Source: a virus
Lineage: Duplodnaviria; Heunggongvirae; Uroviricota; Caudoviricetes
Length of the DNA stretch: 53,833 nt
IMG/VR virus record: IMGVR_UViG_2740892427_000003
Reading direction: 5' to 3' (one strand)
Positions 39,922-49,651 of this stretch are shown one piece after another. The notes beneath the pieces were generated by a model. That model saw only the letters and a list, made by a program, of their open reading frames with translations, was not told the origin of the DNA and did no database searches. The translations under genes and the position numbers were made by a program. Every line of letters starts with the position of its first letter. The first letter of the stretch is position 1.

Positions 39922-40276
39922 GCACACCCACCTCTGTAATTCTTATCTCCAGCCGTCCACCAGATACTGGCTGGCCACGTACAATATTGATTTCATCAAA
40001 CTGCTCATCGTCCATTAACAACCCTGCATGCGTCAGCGCATCCAGCGGCGCTTTCAGGATATTATCCAGGTCACGGCGGCGCTTATCCGGTGGCTCTGCA
40101 ATCACCTTTATCGCCAGCCTTCCGGACAGGCTTAATTTCAGCCGCTGCTGGCGAACAATAAGCGCCACTGCCCGGCGATAGCGCTTTCCCTCCTCAGATA
40201 TAAAATATGTGCTGCCACGACGTCGCCAGTAAGTATTCACCGTCGGCGGATAAGGCAAAACAAACTCTATACGCAT
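39914..40276 (-). CDS. rusA: Holliday junction resolvase RusA
   Basis: 120 aa; MRIEFVLPYPPTVNTYW...RRDLDNILKAPLDALTHAGLLMDDEQF typical of RusA. Confidence 0.85.
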   Translation of the reverse strand: MRIEFVLPYPPTVNTYWRRRGSTYFISEEGKRYRRAVALIVRQQRLKLSLSGRLAIKVIAEPPDKRRRDLDNILKAPLDALTHAGLLMDDEQFDEINIVRGQPVSGGRLEIRITEVGVHE

Positions 40277-40288
40277 CAGTAACCTCTT

Positions 40289-41371
40289 TTACCCAAGCAC
40301 GCCGGTTGCAAAGGCGTGATCAAGAAAACGAAAAATTAACTCAACCTGAGAGCCGTACTTTTTCTCAAACTCCAGCGGGTCTGCATGAAGTTCGTTGTGA
40401 TGTTCCCGGCACAACGGTAGCGTGAAAATATCGTGGGCCTTTGTCCCCATTCCCCCCTGACCATGACCAATCAGGTGATGCGGATCGTCAGCAGGCTTAC
40501 CACAACACGCACACGGCTGTGTCTTTACCCAGCGCGTGTATTTCTCATTAACCCAACGGCGACGTTTAGGCCGCTTCATGAACGATTCAGGAGACTCCGG
40601 ATCAACAGCGATACTGACAACCGTTTTTTTCTGTGGTGGATTTTGTTGCTGGTGGACGTGAAGTGGCAGCGCAATATTTTTTGTGCGCTGCTTCAGTATG
40701 CTGATGGCTGTCTGTTCTCCCGGTACGATGTCACTCTCACGGTATACGGAGCGGATTTTTTCCGCTGGTAATCCCAGCGAACGACGCGCTACTGCCTCAG
40801 GTAATGCATCCACCACCTGATTGCAGGCCGCCCACCAGGATAATTCGGCCAGCGATAACTCCCTCTCCTGCGTACCGCTTATTGCATGACGGATGACGTC
40901 AATCATCCAGGCAACCAGATTCTGCTGAGCAAGTTGATCGAGTGATTCTGATGTCTGGTCGCGCAGCTGGTTGTCACAGTGCCAGCACAACACCATCGCG
41001 CCGGTACCATAACGGTGAATGACGGTTTCGCTGTGATGATAATCGCCATGTGGCCACTGGCAGGATTTCACGTGACGTAATAACCAGTCAGACAGCGCAC
41101 CAGCACCGCCAGCGGCACGAATCACCCGTTCATTGCTGAAAAATGGCAGTAATGATTTATCCTCAGCCAGCGGCTGGCAAACGACAGGAACAACCCCGGA
41201 CGGCAAACTCCGCATGCTTTTGGGTTCCGGCTCCACCAGCACCCTGCCGCGATGAAAAACCGGCAGTAATTCGCGACCTGGCTTAATGACCACCAGGCCA
41301 AGTTCCGGGACCAGAACAGGTCGAAGTAATACCCGCACATTATCTCCAGACACGCTGACGGTAGCAGGCAT
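40289..41371 (-). CDS. DUF968-family protein with C-terminal HNH-like zinc-finger motif
   Basis: C-terminus QPCACCGKPADDPHHLIGHGQGGMGTKAHDIFTLPLCREHHNELH. Confidence 0.6.
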   Translation of the reverse strand: MPATVSVSGDNVRVLLRPVLVPELGLVVIKPGRELLPVFHRGRVLVEPEPKSMRSLPSGVVPVVCQPLAEDKSLLPFFSNERVIRAAGGAGALSDWLLRHVKSCQWPHGDYHHSETVIHRYGTGAMVLCWHCDNQLRDQTSESLDQLAQQNLVAWMIDVIRHAISGTQERELSLAELSWWAACNQVVDALPEAVARRSLGLPAEKIRSVYRESDIVPGEQTAISILKQRTKNIALPLHVHQQQNPPQKKTVVSIAVDPESPESFMKRPKRRRWVNEKYTRWVKTQPCACCGKPADDPHHLIGHGQGGMGTKAHDIFTLPLCREHHNELHADPLEFEKKYGSQVELIFRFLDHAFATGVLG

Positions 41372-41612
41372 TTGTTCGTGGCAGATGTGCGCGAACAGGA
41401 AGATATACAGAAACGGTCCAGGTCAGACGATCAACGTTCAGACTCCGCTCCACACGGACACCGCGACGCAGATACGCCTCTTGAAGCATATCTGCCTCAT
41501 CGGTCGTACAGAACAGATAGTGAAACCAGCCATACTGAGGCGTACGAAAACGCCACCCCCGCTTAATTTCCGGGTCGGCTTCAGAATTGTGGGATTTTAT
41601 GTGTTGTGTCAT
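41340..41612 (-). CDS. hypothetical protein (90 aa)
   Basis: ORF with ATG at 41610-41612; no recognised domain. Confidence 0.4.
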   Translation of the reverse strand: MTQHIKSHNSEADPEIKRGWRFRTPQYGWFHYLFCTTDEADMLQEAYLRRGVRVERSLNVDRLTWTVSVYLPVRAHLPRTNACYRQRVWR

Positions 41613-41734
41613 CGGATTCTCCGGTGACAGCAGGTGTCAGTTGTTCAGGCTGACGGCGCGAATTGTAAGTCAATACGCCTGGAATGTACAAACAGAAAAC
41701 CCGTCAGTAAGACGGGCTTAGCAAGCCGGGACGG

Positions 41735-42079
41735 TTACTTTAATAATTTCAGTGCCTTTACATCAACTTCAACACTGCTCAGGTCTTTATCAATTTCACC
41801 CTCAATTCTTACTTTGTCTTTCGGAGAAACATTCTGCCCGGCCCATACGCTGTCATCAATATCCGTGACAATTGTCCCGCTATTGTCACGAAACTCATAA
41901 CGTTCATCACCCACTTTTTTAATGATGCTCCCTTCAAGGATAACCCATGCATCATCCTTCAGTTCTTTTGCCTGCGCTACTGTTGAACGCTCTGCTTCAG
42001 GCCCCTGGAAACCACCCTGCTGTGCAAAAACGCCAAAAGACACACCGGAAATAAGTGCTGCAATCAATACCTTTTTCAT
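41735..42079 (-). CDS. YgiW/YdeI (BOF) family periplasmic OB-fold protein
   Basis: Signal peptide MKKVLIAALISGVSFGVFA; size and pattern of the BOF family. Confidence 0.7.
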   Translation of the reverse strand: MKKVLIAALISGVSFGVFAQQGGFQGPEAERSTVAQAKELKDDAWVILEGSIIKKVGDERYEFRDNSGTIVTDIDDSVWAGQNVSPKDKVRIEGEIDKDLSSVEVDVKALKLLK

Positions 42080-42200
42080 TCATAGTCCTCTTTCAGAAAT
42101 GAACATTCAAACAGCATTTTCAGTATGGTAAAGCGCGGGTGCGTTGAGGATGCCTGACACATCAGAGGTGGCGAGGGATTTCTCCCTCGCCTGGTCACTC

Positions 42201-42356
42201 TTACTTCTCAGATTCGTAGTCTACGAAGACAGCAACCTCCGTCTGGCCGGTTCGGATTCGTACCTCGCAGAGGTCTTTCCTCGTTACCAGTGCCGTCACA
42301 ACAACGGTAATACAGATGACGATCAGGGCGATTAACATCGCCTTTTGCTGCTTCAT
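42201..42356 (-). CDS. Hok/Gef-family type I toxin (hokC/gef-like)
   Basis: MKQQKAMLIALIVICITVVVTALVTRKDLCEVRIRTGQTEVAVFVDYESEK matches gef/hokC as recalled; ATG 42354-42356. Confidence 0.75.
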   Translation of the reverse strand: MKQQKAMLIALIVICITVVVTALVTRKDLCEVRIRTGQTEVAVFVDYESEK

Positions 42357-42646
42357 AGCCTGCTTCTCCTTGCCTTTCGGCACGTAAGAGGCTAACCTAC
42401 GTTTGTGAAGCATAGATTGGGCCTCAGATTAATGTTAAGCGTCCTGCAAGACGCGTAATGTTAACTGGGGCTTTTCTCTGTCTGCCTTACGGCGGCATGC
42501 CCGAGGCAGACAGCCTCAAGCACCCGCAGCAATTCTACTTAACTCTTCTTTCCCCGCAAACCGTTTTTATCCCCAGCGGCAAATCGAATACACCACCAGC
42601 GCCACCGCCATTGCAATACCAACATTTGAGAAGGCCTCAGGCCAGC

Positions 42647-43000
42647 TCATTGGCGCACCTCCTTCGGCGGTTCTGGTAGCGGCATCCAGTGTGTGGCTTC
42701 ACACACGATAGGCGCACCGAAACACTGCGCATACTGGAAGTCACCCGTATTATCCAGGTTAAAACCTGTAAACTGTTCCCCCGTGCTGGACACAAACAGT
42801 TGTACATCAACACCAACTGGCGGCATTCGCTCACTACAGCTTATCCAACCATCCGGAGTTACCGGAGAATTGCCAGCCTTGCACATGGCAATCTCCATGA
42901 TTTCAACCATATCTCCTGGTGGAATTTTACAATGCTGACCAATATGCCTCTGCTGCCTGGCATATTCGAGGATGTGCTCCAGTTTGGTTCGATCAATCAT
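42647..43000 (-). CDS. DUF551-like phage protein
   Basis: GWISCSERMPPVGVDVQLF motif. Confidence 0.5.
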   Translation of the reverse strand: MIDRTKLEHILEYARQQRHIGQHCKIPPGDMVEIMEIAMCKAGNSPVTPDGWISCSERMPPVGVDVQLFVSSTGEQFTGFNLDNTGDFQYAQCFGAPIVCEATHWMPLPEPPKEVRQ

Positions 43001-43365
43001 GATTTATCTCCATTAAGCATTGCAGCACGGCAATCGTTCCATCCTTCAGCATAATCACTATGCGCAAGAGGCCAACCTCTTATGTATTCACGCGGCGACT
43101 TATCAGGCACTACCAGCGCTGGCGGGACGGCAAATAGATATCCGCCAAAGTCAGGAAGCTCTCCAATGGCCTGTACGAACTTTTGTTTGCCTACGTCAAC
43201 TCCTAATGGGTAATGAGCTATAATCTTTGCCACTGGCTCTGCTTCCAGCGATGCCAGTGCGATAAGCGCCAGCTCACGAATTTCACCGCCGTCTATATCG
43301 TCAATGTCATCGCGGCCAGAAATGTTAGCCAGCCATTGCAGTCGCTCTTTGGTAATAGTGGTCAT
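42997..43365 (-). CDS. hypothetical protein
   Basis: 122-aa ORF, 4-bp overlaps with neighbours. Confidence 0.4.
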   Translation of the reverse strand: MTTITKERLQWLANISGRDDIDDIDGGEIRELALIALASLEAEPVAKIIAHYPLGVDVGKQKFVQAIGELPDFGGYLFAVPPALVVPDKSPREYIRGWPLAHSDYAEGWNDCRAAMLNGDKS

Positions 43366-43366
43366 C

Positions 43367-43738
43367 TCACTCTCCTTCTATGCGAATACCAGCAGCAGTC
43401 AGTGCGGCATTGACCTCATCAGCGTAGTAGTACGTTAATCCACTTGATGATTTAGCCAGCTTGAATGGTTCTGGTAACTTCACTATGCGGGACTCCTGCT
43501 CGTCGATACGCTGTTTTGCTTCCTCCAGTTCATCCAGCAAATCAGCGATAATATCCACTTCACGATGACGGATTTCACACTTAAACGCAGCCAAAGCTGC
43601 ATCACAATCCTGCTCAGCGTTTGGACTGTCTGGTTTCTCCTGATACCACGCCAGCATCGACTGATAGTTTTGTGCCGCCTCACGCAGCGCCTGATAATTA
43701 ATCCCACTCACTGGTTGCCTCCTGGAAAATAACTGCAT
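43367..43738 (-). CDS. hypothetical protein
   Basis: 123-aa ORF; start uncertain. Confidence 0.35.
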   Translation of the reverse strand: MQLFSRRQPVSGINYQALREAAQNYQSMLAWYQEKPDSPNAEQDCDAALAAFKCEIRHREVDIIADLLDELEEAKQRIDEQESRIVKLPEPFKLAKSSSGLTYYYADEVNAALTAAGIRIEGE

Positions 43739-44003
43739 GCCCCAGTTTCTCCGCCAGTGCCAGTTCTGCCTTAGCGCCTGCCGACCGCTGCCAGCCTTTC
43801 AGCATATAAACCGCATCCACACAACGAATCATTGCCATGCAAATATCCATGTAATGTGGCTGAGTCAGCCCGTCCGGAAGTACTGACGGGTTTAAAACGG
43901 TATGCCCTTCCCGTTTCAGTGCTTCTTCCGCCTTGTGAAATGCCTCGCGGTTGAAATTTTCATATCCCGTCATTGGACCGGCGATATAAATTCTCACCCT
44001 CAC
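43698..44003 (-). CDS. DUF4406-like protein
   Basis: [22 protein letters not shown] pattern. Confidence 0.45.
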   Translation of the reverse strand: MRVRIYIAGPMTGYENFNREAFHKAEEALKREGHTVLNPSVLPDGLTQPHYMDICMAMIRCVDAVYMLKGWQRSAGAKAELALAEKLGHAVIFQEATSEWD

Positions 44004-44317
44004 GCCTGAACCCTCCTGTCGAAATAAACGTAGTTATTCACTATGCGCAGCGGCATGCCTAATTTTCTGGCAATTTCCCTTCTTTGCATGCCTCTCTGAT
44101 GCAGTTGCCGCGCCTGCTCAATATCACGCTGAGAATATTTTGCTGACTGGTGAAAATCACCACGTAACATCATGCTGATGCCCAGCTCCCGTGCCTTCGT
44201 TCTCACTGCCGCTTCAGTTCGTCCGATAAGTGCGCCAATGCTTTTTACCTTTATTGTTCCCGCGCACTGCCGGAGTATCAGAATTTCAGCCCGGCACCAC
44301 GTCTTCCACCCACTCAC
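44000..44317 (-). CDS. HTH-containing protein; start uncertain (GTG near 44317 assumed)
   Basis: Two HTH-like segments ([22 protein letters not shown] and [17 protein letters not shown]); ORF-track start at 44404 would overlap the upstream gene by 90 bp. Confidence 0.35.
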   Translation of the reverse strand: MSGWKTWCRAEILILRQCAGTIKVKSIGALIGRTEAAVRTKARELGISMMLRGDFHQSAKYSQRDIEQARQLHQRGMQRREIARKLGMPLRIVNNYVYFDRRVQA

Positions 44318-45030
44318 CGCTGCTGTTCTCTGGTGGCGGTAATATCCCGGAGAATATCCCGGCACTTGTTCAGCTCCCACAGCGCGGCGCAGACACGCTC
44401 CCACTTCTGAACCTGACCTTTTGCCCGGCGCAGCTCGCGGTTGGCTACATGCAGCGATGGTAAAATCAAACCATCCTGATGCTTTCTTGTGAACGACGGC
44501 TGTGACTGCACTGTGACCGCCACACTTTCAGTTTTAATTTCTTCCTGTGTCGTCGTTTCCTTGACTGGTAACGCAACACCTGCTGGCTGAGGAAAGGCTT
44601 TACCATCCGTTTCCGCTACGGATGCAGCTTCCGGCTCTGCCGGTAAATCAGCGCCCGGTATGCAGTAACGAAATTTACCGCCCTGATTCACGCGAATCAG
44701 ACGCCCTTTGCTGATTGCCATGGCCAGCGATGAATTCGCCCGGCGGGAGGTAATCCCGAACATCAGTGCCAGCTCATCCGCCGTTTGTGGGCCATGTTGT
44801 TCAATCGCCTCAGTCAGCATTTGCGCTGTCACTTTCGGTACCGGTGACACTGGTTCACTTTCACCAGCCTGAATCAGCCACCACATCGACCCCTTGTTAT
44901 CCGCTTCACCACGGCGCTTCAGTTTCCACAGTTCGTTGACCGCATCTTCACGGCTGATTCCAAGGCGGGCCGCCACTACCTGTGAAGAGGCTTTTTTCAG
45001 TGCTTTCAGTGCGTCAAATACTGTTTCCAT
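44314..45030 (-). CDS. hypothetical phage protein (DUF1627-like)
   Basis: ATG at 45028-45030 with GGAGG 8 nt upstream ([13 protein letters not shown]...). Confidence 0.45.
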   Translation of the reverse strand: METVFDALKALKKASSQVVAARLGISREDAVNELWKLKRRGEADNKGSMWWLIQAGESEPVSPVPKVTAQMLTEAIEQHGPQTADELALMFGITSRRANSSLAMAISKGRLIRVNQGGKFRYCIPGADLPAEPEAASVAETDGKAFPQPAGVALPVKETTTQEEIKTESVAVTVQSQPSFTRKHQDGLILPSLHVANRELRRAKGQVQKWERVCAALWELNKCRDILRDITATREQQR

Positions 45031-45063
45031 TAAAATTTCCTCCGACAAAATCGTTTCTCAGAT

Positions 45064-45606
45064 TCAAATAAAACCAGCTGCCTTCCGGCGTTCGTATTCC
45101 TGTTTCAACCATTCAATTGGCGTTGGCCCTTTCGGGTGTTTCGCCCCTTCCAGTTGTCGTCGCACTGGCGGAACACTCATCCCGTTACCAACATGCTTTG
45201 TCCATTTCGTCAGTTGCCGTTCCGCAAGTCGTTTTAACTCACCCTGCGTCATCTGGCGCTCAATCCCTCTGGTACGCATTTCGAGGCAGATGTGGTACAG
45301 CACAGGCTGTGGCCACGGGTATTTATCACTCCCGTCGTATCGCCAGGATTCATTGCGCCAGCGCCGGTACTCTTCCATCACGGCATCCACCGTAAGACCA
45401 AATGGATTTGCCCCACTCTCCGAAATCAGCGCAACAAACTCAGCCAGGTCCGGGGGCCACGTTTCACCCGCCCGGCAGCGGTCCATGCACTGACGGCAGA
45501 CCTGCCGGATTTGTTGTTCAGTCATCGCACCAATCTGGGCAATCCAGAGCTTCGAAGGTGCGGCCCCGTTCTTCTGAGTCCAGCGGTTCGAATACACCTC
45601 CCCCAT
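45064..45606 (-). CDS. replication protein P-like (helicase loader); start uncertain
   Basis: C-terminal YPWPQPVLYHICLEMR...QGELKRLAERQL...VPPVRRQL resembles the lambda P C-terminus as recalled; no Walker A motif. Confidence 0.45.
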   Translation of the reverse strand: MGEVYSNRWTQKNGAAPSKLWIAQIGAMTEQQIRQVCRQCMDRCRAGETWPPDLAEFVALISESGANPFGLTVDAVMEEYRRWRNESWRYDGSDKYPWPQPVLYHICLEMRTRGIERQMTQGELKRLAERQLTKWTKHVGNGMSVPPVRRQLEGAKHPKGPTPIEWLKQEYERRKAAGFI

Positions 45607-46528
45607 AAGCTCCCACAGCTTCCAGGCCGTTTCCGTTGCTGATAAATCCGTTGTCACGTTCCCACTGTTCGCGTGCTGCCCGGATTTCCTGAACTGCCCG
45701 TGATGCCGTGCCACCTGATGCTGCATGGCTTACCCCCTTGCTGACTGGTTTTACCTGTGCCCTGACGTGCTGCACGTGACGGGCAAATTTCTGCTCCCAC
45801 TGAACCTGCGTGAAAACCTTCCCCTCCGCCATCCAGTAATCCCGGAATGCGGCAAGCTCAGCAGGTGTAAATTCCGGCTCAGGCAGAGCCATACCCCACA
45901 CTGCTGCCCGTTGTCGAAAATCCGGCGACGGCTGCCAGACAGTAGTCATCGAAAATTTCCCGATGGGTTCGCTCAGGCCGTCCAGGTATTCAGGTTCGGC
46001 TGTCTGCAACGGCGCACCATGCGACTCACTGGTCGGAATACTCTCGCGTTCATGCACGTTATGTGTGGGGTTTAATTCTTTTAGATCTGTATCTTTATTA
46101 GTTGCTTTTGTGTTTGCGTCATGTTCAAACACAACACCAACATTTGTTTGAACGCCTGTTAAATCTCTCTCTTGTTTTGTTTGAACATATGCTTCCTTTC
46201 TGCTTCTTCTGGCCTGAACAGATGCTTTTCCGGCGGCTGATTTTTTGGTTAATTTTTCCCTGACTGATGCCAGATCTTCCTCAATCCGAAGATGCACCCA
46301 TTCATCGCCGTTATCGCAAAAAAACTCCCGCAAGGATGGTTCCACATCAGCCCATCGCTCGTTAGTCAGACGGGAAATTTTTGCCAGCCTGTTTTTAGGT
46401 ATTGGTTTCCCTGTTTGCCAGTAATTGAACATCAACAACAAATACGCGCCGTGCTCCTCTGCGGACAAATGCATGGTGTCAGCCAGGTAATCAGCTATGT
46501 ACAGTTGCATGTATGGTAATGCGGCCAT
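45518..46528 (-). CDS. replication initiation protein, YdaU-like (DUF1376)
   Basis: N-terminal YMQLYIADYLADTMHLSAEEHGAYLLLMFNYWQTGKPIP; start set to ATG 46526-46528 with GAGG upstream. Confidence 0.55.
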   Translation of the reverse strand: MAALPYMQLYIADYLADTMHLSAEEHGAYLLLMFNYWQTGKPIPKNRLAKISRLTNERWADVEPSLREFFCDNGDEWVHLRIEEDLASVREKLTKKSAAGKASVQARRSRKEAYVQTKQERDLTGVQTNVGVVFEHDANTKATNKDTDLKELNPTHNVHERESIPTSESHGAPLQTAEPEYLDGLSEPIGKFSMTTVWQPSPDFRQRAAVWGMALPEPEFTPAELAAFRDYWMAEGKVFTQVQWEQKFARHVQHVRAQVKPVSKGVSHAASGGTASRAVQEIRAAREQWERDNGFISNGNGLEAVGAYGGGVFEPLDSEERGRTFEALDCPDWCDD

Positions 46529-46614
46529 AATTGCCTCATCTTGTGACGAACCATCCTCTGGTGATATTCTGTGATTCCCCAATCAACAGAATCAGCAGGG
46601 GTCTGGCATAAATA

Positions 46615-47052
46615 TCAATGCACCACAACAGACTCGCCGGATGACCCGCTGTCGCTGAAATACGCTTTCCGGTAAACGGCCTGGACTGCATCATCATGTG
46701 CATCAATTGCCGTGCTCAACGCTTCCTGCGCCGCCAGTAATGCACGGCGCTCAACAGTGTCAAAAATACTGAGGTGATAACGCAGTTCACGCGGAAGAAC
46801 AGTCAGGATAGCCGGAATTAGTGCCTGAATTTTTTCAACAGCATCAGGCGTATCCTTTTCAAGCCAGCGAAAAATATTTTGTATGTTCAATCCAATACCC
46901 TCTGTCGTAGAGGTGTCATGCATTGGTGGATAAGTCATTTCAAGCTCAAAATATGCTGTCGCTATATCATCAGCGATTTTTTTGCGCCCTACCCTCGGAT
47001 AAAGCAGCCACGCATTCATTGCCATGCGGATATGTTCATGCTTGATTTTCAT
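46615..47052 (-). CDS. YdaT-like protein (cII position)
   Basis: 145 aa beginning MKIKHEHI, directly downstream of the cro-like gene. Confidence 0.45.
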   Translation of the reverse strand: MKIKHEHIRMAMNAWLLYPRVGRKKIADDIATAYFELEMTYPPMHDTSTTEGIGLNIQNIFRWLEKDTPDAVEKIQALIPAILTVLPRELRYHLSIFDTVERRALLAAQEALSTAIDAHDDAVQAVYRKAYFSDSGSSGESVVVH

Positions 47053-47317
47053 GAATCAAGCTCCTGGAAAGTGGTTGTGTTAACGTTTGGGTATCTTCCA
47101 GCTCAGGCCAAATGTTCATCCAATCAAAAGGCCGTAGTTGCTGACGTGTAACTTCACCATTACTGGCTCGCTCAATAAGGACACATAACGATGCCCCTAA
47201 CACTTGACCTTTACTCAATGCTTTTCTTAGATAACCGATGCTAGTACCACACTCACATGCAAACATACGCTGTTCATCTGACGAAAGAGAATTGAGAAAT
47301 ATTCTTAATTCTTCCAT
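47036..47317 (-). CDS. Cro/CI-type HTH regulator (cro-like)
   Basis: HTH FACECGTSIGYLRKALSKGQ; AAGGAG Shine-Dalgarno; divergent from the repressor gene. Confidence 0.6.
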   Translation of the reverse strand: MEELRIFLNSLSSDEQRMFACECGTSIGYLRKALSKGQVLGASLCVLIERASNGEVTRQQLRPFDWMNIWPELEDTQTLTQPLSRSLIHENQA

Positions 47318-47418
47318 AACTACTCCTTAGTAAACACAACAAAAGAATACCCGCAGGTAAACAAAAGTCAATACCCCTGGGTTGTTTACCTTGCGGTAAT
47401 CGCCTCTATTATTTACCT
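47318..47418. promoter_or_regulatory. divergent promoter/operator region of the immunity switch
   Basis: Inverted copies of acccgcaggtaaacaa / ttgtttaccttgcggt and a related ataccccNNgggttgtttacc between the divergent cro-like and repressor genes. Confidence 0.45.
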
Positions 47419-47838
47419 ATGGACAAATATGAATTTAGACGACAGCAACTCATCAAAATTCGTGATGAGAAATGCGATGGTAAAGCGGTTAACGTGGCCA
47501 GAAAAATCGGCCGCGAGCCTTCTTATGTATCAAGAATGTTGTACCCAGAGGGGAAAAAAGGGAAAAAACGGATCGCTGATGATATGGTGGAGATTATCGA
47601 AGAATCCTTTGGGTTACCCCGGGGATGGATGGATGGTATCGTTTCATCATCAACGGACACAACCTCCAATTATGAAACAAGGGTTCTAACACCACGACAA
47701 CGTATTTTTTTAGATCTCTTGGACGAACTGCCAGAAAGCGAAGCGGATAACTTATTAAAAACTCTTGAAGAGAAAAAACAATATTACAATATGATCTACG
47801 AAGAAATCAGCAAAAAGAAAGCACGAAACGCATCATAG
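47419..47838 (+). CDS. prophage repressor (DicA-like architecture)
   Basis: HTH AVNVARKIGREPSYVSRML; C-terminal FLDLLDELPESEADNLLKTL resembles DicA; ATG has no upstream Shine-Dalgarno (possibly leaderless). Confidence 0.6.
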   Translation: MDKYEFRRQQLIKIRDEKCDGKAVNVARKIGREPSYVSRMLYPEGKKGKKRIADDMVEIIEESFGLPRGWMDGIVSSSTDTTSNYETRVLTPRQRIFLDLLDELPESEADNLLKTLEEKKQYYNMIYEEISKKKARNAS

Positions 47839-48102
47839 CCCACCAAACAACCTAGCACCAGTCAAGATACACCAAAAAACTTACCCATGGGTATTTACTT
47901 TTTGAATACCCACAGGTATTCTTCCTTTCATTCCAACCCACCCCGTCCCACAGAACGCAGGGCAATACTTAGAGTTACCCGGCAGTGGTCAGGGGTTAAG
48001 TAGCCAGCCCGAGGCGTATGAACATGACGGCGGGAACACTTTATATAACAGCGCAGCAGGTTTTTAGTTCCGCGACCCGGCGTTAAGGGGAAATGAGGTC
48101 AA

Positions 48103-48252
48103 CATGGATACGCTCAATCTTGGCAACAACGAATCTCTGGTATGCGGAGTATTCCCCAACCTAGACGGCACGTTTACCGCGATGACGTATACCAGAAGCA
48201 AAACGTTTAAAACTGAAGCTGGCGCGCGTCGCTGGTTAGCCAGAAACACTGA
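48103..48252 (+). CDS. small protein (49 aa), YdfA/YdaF-like (DUF1391)
   Basis: Not in the ORF track; GAGG 5 nt upstream of ATG; MDTLNLGNNESLVCGVFPNLDGTFTAMTYTRSKTFKTEAGARRWLARNTD. Confidence 0.45.
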
Positions 48253-48267
48253 CTGATGAGGTTGACG

Positions 48268-48669
48268 ATGGAATTTAAAGATTTACCAGTACCATTCCAG
48301 GAAATGGCAGCGAATATAGTTCGTTCTCAACTGGCGACTCTTGACCTGAGTACCGTAGAAAAAGAAACCATCGATAATATATCCGGTAACGTGCGTCGAA
48401 CCTTTATCGGGCTGTACGAAGAAAAGTGGCCATTCGGCGGACAACATTCGCCTGAAAACAAGAATCAAGCGAATGATGAGAAGCTGAAACACGTTATCGC
48501 CTTACTACTGGAAGATGCAAAACGTCTACAGCAACTGGAACCAAATGCAGGCACCGAAGCCCGCATCTGGATTGCCATAGAATCACTCAAATGTGAAAGC
48601 GATGATTATTTAAAAACCATAATTAAAACAACTCAGCTTTCTGAAGAGCTACCGAAGAAATTGCCATAA
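48268..48669 (+). CDS. hypothetical early-left protein (133 aa)
   Basis: GAGG 6 nt upstream of ATG at 48268; no recognised domain. Confidence 0.45.
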   Translation: MEFKDLPVPFQEMAANIVRSQLATLDLSTVEKETIDNISGNVRRTFIGLYEEKWPFGGQHSPENKNQANDEKLKHVIALLLEDAKRLQQLEPNAGTEARIWIAIESLKCESDDYLKTIIKTTQLSEELPKKLP

Positions 48670-49256
48670 TAATATGTTTTTCTTATAGAGGGGTTAGAAA
48701 TATGGGCCAGCATTATAGCAGGCACATATAACAGAAAGTATTTTAAATATTACGCCGTATCTTGTGATTGTTTTTTAATATATTCATACAAGCGCACAAG
48801 TTGTTTCAACTCTTCAAAGCACATAGCGGAATTTTCAATTTTTCCGGCGTTGATTAGTGCCAGAAGAGCCTAATGTGCGCAAGCATATGGATCAGTTACA
48901 GGGCTAATAATATCAACTTGCATATTATCCTCCATAGAGGTTCCGGGTTAATGATGGAGACCAACACGCTGTCACGTGTGGTCGTGCGCCGGACACGGAT
49001 AAGAATCCGGCACTGACAGTTTGCTGAAAGAACATATCCCTGAAAAGTCAGGGCATAACACGAAAGCGCACGGCGAGAATATAAGGCTTGTCGTTAAATT
49101 TAATTCGATCGTGCGCTTCCGGTTGTGGCAATCCGCGAAATGGCGCGGCGGTAAGTATGGCTGGGGCTTCCTCCATTGCTCCAGAAAATGCACCGGGTTG
49201 TGAGGTTGACCATGCGCCTGAGTGACAACACCGCCACAACAACCTCTGTTATCACT

Positions 49257-49296
49257 TTTCTGGTGATTCGGCGGAAATGGATATCCGCCATTTTTA
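49257..49296 (+). ncRNA. dicF: DicF-like sRNA candidate
   Basis: tttctggtgattcggcggaaatggatatccgccattttt: 5' UUUCUGGUGA as in the DicF seed as recalled, hairpin ggcgga/tccgcc plus U-run; about 170 bp upstream of dicB. Confidence 0.45.
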
Positions 49297-49462
49297 AAGT
49301 GTATTTTGTGATGCGGTGAATGCGGCTAAGCGCACGCGGAACAGTTAAAGCTAAAAACAGCGTTATGGGTGATTCTGTATTCCGGCGTTAATTGTTAACT
49401 GGTTAACGTCACCTGGAGGCACCAGGCACCACATCACAAAATTCATTGTTGAGGACGCGATA

Positions 49463-49651
49463 ATGGAAACGTCACTACCAAACGTTAATACGTCTGAAGG
49501 GTGTTTTAATATTGGTATTCTGCTCAGTAACCGGGAGTTTACTGAAGACGCCATCAGGATGAGAAAATATGAGCCTTATCTTCTCAATGATAATTCCATA
49601 CTCTCCAGAATTGCCCTTCTTAAACTTGGTATTTTCGGGGGGCAGCAGTGA
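49463..49651 (+). CDS. dicB: cell division inhibitor DicB
   Basis: METSLPNVNTSEGCFNIGILLSNREFTEDAIRMRK matches the DicB N-terminus as recalled. Confidence 0.8.
   Translation: METSLPNVNTSEGCFNIGILLSNREFTEDAIRMRKYEPYLLNDNSILSRIALLKLGIFGGQQ

Noticed and set aside
48670-49250. Several tiny ORFs (17-35 aa) on both strands in the early-left region
   Set aside because: They are too short, with inconsistent ribosome-binding sites; they may be degenerate ydfB/ydfC-like remnants but cannot be supported.
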